The notes beneath the pieces are model-generated. The model searched no databases and was not told where the DNA came from. It saw only the letters and a list, made by a program, of their open reading frames with translations. The position numbers were made by a program, and so were the translations under genes. DNA of 45,648 nucleotides, filler included, from Jimgerdemannia flammicorona (taxonomy: Eukaryota): the NCBI GenBank assembly GCA_003990765.1. It is 2 parts of 2 records of this genome, joined end to end, with 100 filler letters (N's around TTAATTAATTAA, not from the genome) between each part and the next. Parts side by side here need not be neighbours in the genome. Positions count along the whole stretch, not along the records: positions 22,881 to 45,648 come from RBNJ01001207.1; 1 more part is not named here. One strand, 5' to 3'. This document shows positions 23,241 through 34,500 of the stretch, in pieces. The stretch's first letter is position 1; each line of letters begins with the position of its first letter.

Positions 23241-24695
23241 AATATGTGGCTAAGTATTAAGTCTTTTCATGTGAAATTCTCAGGTAGAATCTCATATGAA
23301 ATCCTATCTGAAATTCGTGAAAGTAACAAGAGTTTCACTGATAATGTTTTAGATGCAGTGTCTGCAGTAAAGGATTATACTAAATTGGAAATTGGATTCA
23401 GGTACCACGATCAAATGTCTATTTCCTGTTTCTATATATAAAGAGACAAAAATTGTAAAATTTACTCAATATTCTCTTTCAGAACTTCGGGGTTCAATTT
23501 CTCAAGCTGAATACCTAACTTCTGATCCTTACGAGTTCCAGTTCTAGACTCAGCCGTTTTCTTTTGTGTTTATAATGTCATTAACTCCTTTTGACGTTAA
23601 CTTATTTGACCGAAACGCTGAACTTACAGTGCGATGACAGATTTTGCAGCGTTGACTCGACTTAGGGTTGTCCCCCTCCTGTGTAGTACGAATCCCCTTC
23701 ACTTACTGTCCGCTTTTGTTCGATTGGTCGCCTCAAACAAACCATGTTGGCATATCCACATCTTATTTCAGAGAAGAACTGAAGTCACACATAACTAGCA
23801 AAGACGGTGGAAAGTGATTCCACCGTCAGTTTTGTCTATCAGGTAACCACTTAGATTTCGAGCGGGATTATTAAAAAGTCAGCAAATGGCTGGTGCATCT
23901 AGTGGCCACCAGATTGGGTTTCTCATCTCAGATCGCTTTTGAGAACGGCGAGGCAAGCTACCGTATTCATAACGTAGTGATACGACACAGTCATCCACTA
24001 TCATGTTCTGGGTACTGCCGCGGAGGTGGCGACCATGATGATAGCTGTCAAAGCAAAACTGTTAAACTTTCATGTCTCTATCGTTAATTCAAAAACCTTC
24101 GTCTAGTATTGATCTGTAAGCCAATTGTGTCGTGCTGAAGCCACGGCGATAGCGGGAAGCCTTCGCTCACAAAATAAAGAGGAAGTGGCAAGACGTGGAG
24201 TTTCCAAGAGTTTCAGCGAATTGTCGTGCAACAGTACCAAAATACAGCGCTTGATAAAGTCTAGTTCCTTTCGCTCTACGATTCCCTGTCGCACGCGTGC
24301 GCCCGTATGGTACACTCCACACGAGGATTATATACCATATTTGCATGCCGATCCGGCTGGAATTGTGTCTGGCTCAATGTCAAGTATTAACGGGCTCACC
24401 CCATGTACACGGTGCCGTCGTCATTCGCTATCGAGCTTTGAAAAGCTAGAGTTTACTTCATATATGGATGGATGCAGGCCCGGGGCACTCCGAAAACTTT
24501 AGTACTTACTAAAACGCCCAAATAACCGAATACACGCAACCAGAATGGATTTGCTTTGAGAAACTCTCTAGTCCACACTCCGCTCAACATACAATTTGAT
24601 CGTGGGACAAGGAAATTTTGGCTCTCCAAAATCATATATAAGACAAGGCCAGAATACCATTCCCTCATATCCGTACACCTGCCATCTCTGATCTA

Positions 24696-25930
24696 ATGTC
24701 GAATTCCTTGCTCTCCCAGTTCTCTTTGACCGGCAAGAACGCCGTAGGTAAGCAGTCTGGATCTAATATCTACTAAAACAATCTCCAACAAAACTTCTCT
24801 CTGAATACGCGCTCACATGAAGAACCCACGCGCCTTTTTATCAGTTACTGGAGGCGCCCGCGGCCTTGGTCTTGAAATGATGCGCGCCCTTGCCGAAGCG
24901 GGCGCCTCAGTCGCGTGCGTCGACATGCTGTTGGACGAAGGGCAGACGTCTACCGAAGCCATCCATAAGGAGTTTGGCGTGAAGGTCACAAATTGGAAGT
25001 GCGATGTCAGGATACCTGCGGAGGTGGGTATCACGCGTACGTGCAACATAGCATCCCATTTATTCCGTCGTTCACCGTGTCCCCTTGTCCGTCGAAATAC
25101 AGGTTACCGAAGTTTTTGGAAAAATCGCCAAGGAACATGGAAGCATTGACATCTGTGTGACATCTGCGGGGATTGCCCACATCGCCCCCGCGGAAGATTA
25201 CAAAGCCGAGGACTGGAAGAACGTGTTGGACATTAACCTCCATGGCACTTTCTTCTGTGCGCAGGCAGCGGGCAAGTGAGTATTCGCCCACTTCAGCCAT
25301 CAGCGATATGCTCTACCTCTTTCTCACAATTATTTATTGTTCTCCATCCATCATCTTCAAGGCACATGCTCGCCCAAGGCAAAGGTGGCAACATTATCCT
25401 TATCGCCTCCATCTGCGGCCAAATTGTGGCCCAACCACAGCCGCAGGCCGCCTACCAGGCGTCCAAAGGAGCCGTTATTATGCTCGCCAAACAACTGGCT
25501 GGCGAGTGGGCGCAGCATGGGATTCGTGTCAACAGTATGTCTCCGGGTAAGTAAAAGATAGGGATAGGTGACCGGAGGAAGTCCCAGTTTCACTGACATA
25601 TGTCATTCTATGGACTCTGACAAATAGGCTACATCGAGACAGCCCTCACACACGGCTTCCTTAATAGTGTAGAGAACGGAGCGGAGATCAAAGAGACGTG
25701 GGAACGCCTCACTCCTCTCAAGCGGATGGGGCAGCCTTCAGAAATTAAAGCGGCAGTTGTGTACCTGGCAAGTGGCGCGAGCTCGTATGTGACTGGTAAG
25801 TTGAATTTTGGGCTGAATTTTGACAAGGTCGGGGTTTCAACTGTTTCGTAACTTTGTTTCTATTTATATATACCCATCACGCGCTCTAGGATCTAACCTC
25901 GTTCTCGACGGTGGGTATACCGTGTGGTAA
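24696..25930 (+). CDS. Short-chain dehydrogenase/reductase (sorbose reductase / polyol dehydrogenase-like); exons 24696-24747, 24845-25023, 25103-25275, 25362-25546, 25628-25795, 25890-25930
   Basis: TGGARGLG cofactor motif, catalytic YQASK, VNSMSPGY, SYVTGSNLVLDGGYTVW. All introns are GT-AG and phase-compatible. Confidence 0.95.
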
Positions 25931-26983
25931 AGCGAGAATTTACGTGGTCGACTTTGCCACATGTACACCTATAGGAAGCATCAAATTTTATCTCAGAATT
26001 GTATCCTCAATAAATTAACGAGAAAAGATTTAACCATGCAATGGTTCTTGTTCAAATTCGCGGGGGGGTTTTTTTTTTTTGAACGGCTAGTTTCCATAGA
26101 TAAAGCGGACAATCCAAACAAACAATTTGCACTACACAGCACGACTAGAGGATAAACCTGTAACCGACGATTGGAAGACCAATTCCTTCTTGTGTTCCAA
26201 AGGAGAGCTGACAAGACGTCATTTTCACATTACGGGTTGTAACATCGTGGAGATGTGTCATGGTCACGTGCATTGTGGGGGGGGATTTCGGATCGGATTA
26301 TTCGATGAACAAATATCTCCCAAACTCTGAGTTGATTGTAGGAAACGTATATAAATGGCGGAATAACGAAATCAATGTTATCCAAGTTCAGCGTATATAT
26401 ATACCTATTTTCTGAACCCACATTAACAAATATCTGTCTAAAACTACTTACGTGCTATTAATGTTCTGATATTATTAGTTCATTCGAATATATGTTATTA
26501 AAATAGGATTTTATTAATTTTGGTTAACTTAAAAAAATATAATAATTATAAATGATCATTTTTACAGACATAGGTTTCTTTGTCAGCCATGTATATATAT
26601 TTATCGTGTCACAGGCGAATTAGTCATCCCGACCATGCGACCAAAACATGTCATTGATTTCCCTACCGCCAAATCGGTCTATTCCATTCGCTCCATCGTT
26701 TAAAAAGGACATTTCCGCGACAAGGTTTGAGATATAGGCCGTTGGCGCCGCATTTCATTATCGTTTTGCGAGATTAATTGGATGAATATATGAAATAAAA
26801 AATTTTCTTGGATATAAAAATGTAAAAAAATGTACAACTATATACACGGGCATACACTGCATCTATCAAAACATGGATGCAACCATTATTCGTATATTGC
26901 CAACTCCTAAGTGTCTTGTCGTAATGCGATCAATCCAGATCACAAGCCATGTGTAAATGCCGGCTGCATTGGCATCGGATATA

Positions 26984-28044
26984 TCAGGGACTCGGAATCG
27001 GAATGTATGAAGGCGGTCCCTTTTCAACATTCTCGGGCCTCTGGATAGTCATCTCTATTAACTCGTTGTCGGTCATTTTCCCGTAATTCTCGTGCGTCCG
27101 AAACGTGGTGGTGGCTTCAGTGCGTTGCACGTGGACGTGGATACTGGCCTGCTGCTGCGGCATGCATACACCGCCGTTAGTTTCGCTAAAACCACCGTTG
27201 TGGCTGGCGATTTCGGAGATTGCCTGCCGTGTGGCGATGACGACGAGGCACATGTTGATGCCGAGGTCGCCATAGTACAACATCAGCGTGTACGGCCCAG
27301 CGATGCCGGAAAGGATCAGCGCGCTGAAGGTGCCGCTGGTTATGCAGGCTAAGATGGCACGCGTATAGGAAGACACCATAACGATACGTAGGACCGCGGG
27401 CGGGTCGCCCGACTCGTTGGAGACGATGGATAAGGCCTCGCGAAGCTTTAAGACAAAGACGGACGATATGCAAATGCAAGATCCGATTGTGCTAGCGTAG
27501 AACCCTGCCTGGGAAGATGAATGTAGGGTTTATTTAAACAAACACGTACGGACGATGTGAGAAATGACAGGAAGCCGTAGAAGGGTTGCCAACTACCTAC
27601 CACCGTAATTGGATTATGAATCGGATTACAAGTGCCATCGCTACCCCGCGCGGCACCAGCGAGGATGTCTGCAGCGATCCCGAACCCCAACTGCGTAAGC
27701 ACCAAAGCTCCGCCCACAATGGTCATTCTCCTCCTGCCCGGAGCTGTAACCAGGACGGTTCTCGCCAGGACGACGAGAAGTGTGGTAGAGCTCGCGAAAG
27801 AGAACTCGAAGCACACGCTGGCGGCGGTCAGCCAGTCACAGGTGCCGATTTGGACGATGGTGAAGAAAACGGCCACCAAGGTTGAGCCAAAGCCAAAGAG
27901 GGCCACGGCAAGATTTAAAAACTGGATTATTGCGCGCCTTCTGATGAGCATTCCGAGGCTTACAATGAGGCAGTAGATGGACATTGCCAACACCATGCCA
28001 AGGACGACGAGTGTGAGCGCTTCGAGACTGACGGTAACTGCCAT
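26984..28044 (-). CDS. Seven-transmembrane GPCR-like protein, 322 aa; exons 28044-27601 and 27508-26984
   Basis: A GTAGGT..CCCAG intron joins the two ORFs in frame. Seven hydrophobic segments, Cys before TM3 and in loop 4-5, and a polar C-terminal tail. Confidence 0.8.
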
Positions 28045-30052
28045 GGCTAGCGGAAAGTTCGAGAGCTGCCAGTGTCCGTAAAGGCTCTACATATATGTAT
28101 ATTTCACTGAAGTAACCGTCTCGGGGGAATGTCCCGTGATCGGAAATGGAGTTTCCACTTGGTGATCGGAGTTGTGTTGGATGAAGGCAAGCAAATCGTG
28201 CTATAAACTTGACAAAAACGAACCGCGTGAACACCACATTCTTAAACCCATGATTGATAGATGGTCACACAAACCGGGTTGCTCAAATTTTGACGAAGGC
28301 CGAATAGAAAATTTACTGTTTACATCCTGAACATGTTTGCAATTGCTGGTTCGCTAAACCTCCGATCGATATTACAGTCTAGTGTGCCTGCTAAGCTGAC
28401 TCTGGCAAGGCTTCGTTGTTAGACAAACGTTGCTAAGTCGCGAGATGGATTTCGCAAATTGCTCGTCTATCTCTGTATCTCGGACCTGGCACAAATCAGG
28501 TGGAAAAGTGCCGATATCCTGATCCTGGGGTTTCCAGCAGTGTTGGGGTTATTATGTGGGTGGTCACAAGTATTTTATGTTTGTTGGAAAATGACACACA
28601 AGTGTGCGACAGAAGACGCCCCAATCCATTTTAGGCGAGGATTACGCCCGCCCACTCCAAAAGCGTCAGACTTCAACTTCAGTGAAAATCATTAATAATC
28701 ACCACCGTACGTACGAATCCGTGAATCGTGAAGAACAAGCGGTACGATATGTGAATCCTCAAGGGCAACATACGTCTCCTGCGTGTATTAATTGTCCCTG
28801 TCCAATATAACTACAAAAACCTTCCCTCCTATAGTTTTGGCAGATGTGTCATTTTCAGGAATTCAAAGTCCGACAAGTGTCACAAGTCACAATATTAACT
28901 TGGCGGTCGATTTCTATTGATACCGAATATATGTATATAAACTCATAATTATAAAATATCGGTTATGAAGTTCGATGAATAGATTTGTAGCCTCTGTATA
29001 TTCAACAGTTTTCAAAGCTGTTCACAGACGTGTGTGTCAGTTATGAACGCAGGGTATGTCGCCCGAAGCTAAATATATTCTCAGTTTTAGTTTAGACGCA
29101 GTTTAAGGTTCATTCTTAGATTATACACCCGAGTCATGCAATTAGTGCCATAGCTAGACCATACTCATATTCCAATAGAGATTTTTTCTGCATTACGATT
29201 CTTTTCTCGCTCTACGTTCATGTGGTACACTACGTTCAAAGGCAACTTAGTAACCTAGCAACCTAGCAACTTTTGCGCACCCTCCCATCCATCCCCGTTC
29301 TCGCAAAAGGGTAATATGTATGGTAATAAACGACTCCTTTTGCGGTTTCAACGTGAATGAGCTTACCATATTTAATTCCCTTACAATCGATCGTTTTCTC
29401 GGCTCAAGCAAGGGATATTTTGTTCCCAGAAATAATTATTGCCAAAGTCACAACATAAGTAGATAATGAATATATATGTTAAGAATGCTCTTTATTAATT
29501 TGGGATTTACCGTCTTTATTTTATCGAACATTGAACACAACCAATGTTCACCAATCCTATACATTGAGGCCGTTTTTTTTTTTTTTTTTTGTTTTTTATT
29601 CGCTTGTGGTGACTAAATATTGCGTGAGATTCTCCTTATATCAACTCCACATCATGTGTTGGCCGGAAGAAGCTTGGTTGGCTTTTAGACCTATCTGAAA
29701 ATCTAGATGCTAAACTTTGGGAGCATTGCTGAACCAGTGTTTCGATTCCCCGAACTGGTTACTATCACATACACGCGGCTACAAGATGAGTAAGACGAAA
29801 TGGAAGGGAATCCATCTGATAGTCAATCGCAACCACCGTCGCCGCTGCAACAGCAATAGTAGCCTTCACTCTCATTCCTCTACGCGCCGACGGCGTCATA
29901 CCTGCGCCGCTTTGCGCTGTGGTCGCTTTGCGAGGGTTTGGAAGTCCCTGTCACTTGTGATGGGAGACTTTGGGATCCGGCGCTCGTCGGCAGATCCGAG
30001 AGCGTCGCGCTGACGCTTGGCGCCGCGAGGCTGGAACACGGGGGATGGCATC

Positions 30053-30676
30053 TTATCGGAGTGTTGAAGACAAACATAGACTGCGCCATCTTTTCGAGGT
30101 GGAGATGGGTGGAATGGCGGCAGCTGCTTGGATTCTTGATGGCGGACCTGGGTTTTTGCGATCAATCTCGGGTTTGGAAGGGGTAGTATCGTCTTCTTGG
30201 TAATCCGCCTCGTTGTAGGCCTTACCCTCCTTCCGTCTCTTTTCCCTGGTTTCATCCCTCTCCGATTCCCCGATCGGGTCAACATCGTCCCGCTTCCTCT
30301 TCGCCGGCACGGACGGCTCAGCCTCGACGTCAATCTCCCAAATTCGCTTCTCGATTCTCCGACCTGTTCGCGCTCGACGCGGCCGCGGTATTCTGTGCAG
30401 CTGCACGTCACGCAAGTCATCGCCTGCCTTGCTGAGCCATTTGAGTTCGCACCTCTGCGTGTGCGCATGGTGTTCCAGAACTGCCGTACGATATCGATGT
30501 TGATTCACCCAGATAGGCAGATGGTGCTGGATACGAGCCCGGGGGAAGGTCGACATCGTTGCCATAGATCTCACAGAAGGCGACCAGCCACTGGAGTTAT
30601 GTCCGACAGGCGCTCGTTTAGAGGGTTACCGCACAGCGTGGGTGGTGGTGGCAGCGGCTGGGCGGGGTTGAGTCAT
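30053..30676 (-). CDS. Hypothetical charged protein or gene remnant
   Basis: GC-rich 173-codon ORF with an NLS-like PAKRKR. A possible upstream ATG at 30676 needs a 39-nt intron or a read-through stop. No recognisable domain. Confidence 0.3.
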
Positions 30677-31577
30677 GGGACTTAGTGGGGTCGAATATCG
30701 GGGACCCGCCACAGTGTTCTCGTGAGCGAGGAAAAGGTAAGGAGGCATTGTATAAGTATCCAGTATATATTGCTGCGTCGCGGGCTGACTGGTGGTCGTC
30801 ATAATATGTCATATCCATCGGTCTTTCATGACTGTAAAATGGAATTATGAAAATGATATCTCTTTTGTATATCCCGACCTCATGGTTGTGGTTGTTCAAG
30901 TCGAATTACGACGCCGGTCCCGCCGCATGCTAGAAACCCTCCGGTTGAACGGAGGAAAAACTGGGCATTGCAAATATTTTAATTTACTTCGGTGGTTCCA
31001 GTTTACCTAGAGCGCTTGATCTTTACAGTGGAAAACGTTCCGAGCGGAAAAGTGAAAAATTACATGTCTAGGGGGCGTGAAATGTCGGTCCCGGGTTTCG
31101 AAATCTCTATTCTTCACTTTTGGTGTTGTTTCTCAACATGTATATACAAACAATTCGAAATCAAGTTCTTCCATGATGTATTGGGACATGCCGGAATGGA
31201 ATAATGGACAGTGGACGTGCCGATAAGGCGGTTTCCTAAGGCAAATTTAGTAGTAAGTTTGTGATTGTCTACACTGAACGGCAAAAGCACATGCAAATCT
31301 ATTACATCTTCCACTACTTTTTGTTTATTTTCTTTATAATATCTTTATCGGTCTTTGTCTCTTTAAATTTGTTTATTTTATTTTATTTATTATTTGTTTC
31401 ATTGGACTCACGCGAAAACACAAGTCATTGAATGGCGTGCAGACCCCCGTTCGGTACCGGGTGTGTCAACATGTAGGTTGGTGTTGTCAATGCTACTGGG
31501 AGAATTGCTGTGAGCAGCTATACACTCTACGCAGAGATAGATCTCGTCGAGTACCTTTAGCGCGTGCGGAAAATCCA

Positions 31578-34500
31578 TTAGGTTACTGTGGTATGTTTTG
31601 AGTCCGATGTGGCCTGTTGATCCTCGGTTCAGACACCGTCAACTCGCCTCCACCAACGCCTTTTCATAAATGCTTCCCAAGGTTCTGACATACCGGGATA
31701 TAAAGCTCCGTCAAGGTGGTGTTTTGCTTCAGAAACTCGCCTAGGGCATGTGCCCCATCGTCGCCAATCCTATTATTATCTTTAAAATAAACAGGGGAAG
31801 AGCGAACACGCAAAGATCGTGGGCTTCATTCCATCACACAGCTGCACACAATGCTTCACATGTTCTGACATACCTCCGAGATTAAGAATGGTCAAGGTCG
31901 TGTTCTACTTCAGAGGCTCGGCTAAGAAGCGTGCCCCCTTGTCGCCAATGCCATTATCTAGAATGAACAGGGGATGAGCGAACACACACAAATCATGAGC
32001 CTAATTCCATTACATAGCTGAACATAATGCTTCACACAGTTCTGATATACATTCGAGATTCAGAACGGCCAAGGTCGTGTTCCGCTTCAGAGACTTAGCT
32101 AGGGCGCGTGCCCCCTTGTCGCCAATGTCATTATCTAGAATGAACAGAGGATGAACGAACACGCATAGATCGTGAGCTCCACTCCATCACGCAGTTGCAC
32201 ACAATGCTTCACACAATTCTGACATACGTTTGAGATTCAACTCGGTCAAGGTCGTGTTCTGTTTCAGAGACTCGGCTAGGGCGCGTCCCCCCTCGCCGCC
32301 AATTTTATTTACTTTAAAATAAAGAGGGGATGAGTGAACATGCACAGATCGTGAGTTTCATCCATTACGCAGCCGCATACAATGCTTCACATAGTTCTGA
32401 CATACTTCCGATATTCAGCTTGGTCAAGGTCATGCTCTGCTTTAGAAACTCGGCTAAGGCGTGTGCTCCCTCGTCGCCAATGTTATTATCTTTAAAATAA
32501 ACAGGGAATGAGCGAACACGCACAGATCGTGAGCTTCATTCAATCATGCAGCTGCACACAATGTTCACAGAGTTCTGACATACCTGTGAGATTTAGCTTG
32601 GCCATGGTCGTGTTCTGCTTCAGAGACTCGGCTAGGGCGCGTGTCCCCTTGCCGAGAATTCTATTACCTTTGAAATGAACAGGAGATGAACGGACATATA
32701 CAGATCGTGAGCTTCATTAGCTGCACACAATGTTTCACATAGTTCTGACATACTTCCGAGATTCAGTTTGGTCAAAGTTGTGTTCTGCTCCAGAGACTCG
32801 GCAAGGGAGCGTGCCCCCTCGTCGCCAATGCTGTTTACTTCAAAATAAACAGGGAATGAGCGAACACGCACAGATCGTGAACTCCATTCCATCACGTAGC
32901 TGCACACAATGCTTCACACAGTTCTGACATACATTCGAGACTCAGCCCGGCCAAGGGCGTGTTCTGCTTCAGAAACTCGGCTAGGGCGCGTGCCCCTTCT
33001 CCGCCAATTCTATTATCTTTAAAATGAACAGAGGATGAGCGGAAACCTAGAGATCATGAGCTTCAATCCATCACGTAGCTGCAAATGCTTCAAGATACTG
33101 CGGAAATTAGGCTCGGTCAAGATCGTATTCTGCTTCAGAAACTCGGCTAGGGTGCGTGCCCCCTCGTCGCTGATGTGGTTGTCTGAAGAATTGGAACTGT
33201 GTAGATTGGAATCTTGATTCCATCACATAGGTACACAATGCTTCCTACAGTTCTGACATACCTCTAAGATTCAGCAAGGTCAACGTTGTGTTCTGCTTTA
33301 GAGACGCAGCTAGGGCGCCTGCCCCCTCCATGCCGATGCTGTTCCCTGAGGATAAACAAGTGATATATAGTGAGCCTGATTCCATCACGCAGCTGCACAC
33401 GCCTTACAATTCTGTCAAACCTTGGAGATTCAGCTCGGTCAACATCGTATGCTGCTTCAGAAATATGGCTACGACGAGCGCCCCTTTGTAGTCGATGCGC
33501 TTATCTGATGATGAGCAAGGAATTGATCGAACACCCACGAATTGTGAGCTTTATTTCTTCACACAATGCGTCACATGATTATGACATACTTTCGAGATTC
33601 AGCTTCGTCAAGGTCGTGTTCTGCTTCAGAACCAAAATAGGGCGCGTGCCCCACCGTCACCAATGCTATTATCTTTAAAATGAACAGGGAATGAGCGAAC
33701 ACGCACATGTCGTGAGGTTACAACTGCATGCAAGTTTCACACAGTTAGGACAGACTATTGAGATTCAGCTCAGCCAAGGTCGTGTTCTTTTTCAGAGACT
33801 CGGCAAGGGCGCGTGCCGCTTCGTCCCCAATGCTATTCACTTTAAAATCAACAGGGAATGAGCGAACACGCACAGATCGTGAGCGCCATTCCATCACGCA
33901 GCTGCACACAATTCTTCACACATTTCGGACATACTGTAAAGATTCAGGTCGGTCAAGGTCGTGTTCTGCTCCAGAGACTCGGTTAGGGCGCGTGCCACCT
34001 TGTCGCCAATGTCATTCTCTTTAAAATGAACAGGATATGAGCGACAACGCACAGATCGTGAGTTTCATTCCATAAGGCAGCTGAACACAATGCTTCACAT
34101 AGCTTTGACATACGTTAGAGATTCAGTTTGGCCAAGGTCGTGTTCTGCCTCAAAGGCTCGGCTAGGGCGCGTGCCCCCTCGTCGCCAATGCTATTACCGT
34201 TAAAATTAACAGGAGATGAGCGAACACGCACAGATGGTGAGCTTCATTCCATCACGAAGCTGCACACAATGCTTCACGCAGTTCTGACATACAATTGAGA
34301 TTCAGCACGGTCAAGGTTGTGTTCTGCTTCAGAGATTTCGCTAGAGTGCGTGCCCCCTTGTCGCCAATGTCATTCTCTTTAAAATGAACAGGGGATGAAG
34401 GAAAACGCACAGGTCGTGAGTTTCATTACATCAGGCTGAACACAATGCTTTACACACTTTTGACATACTTTCGAGATTCAGCTCGGTCAAGGTCGTGCTC

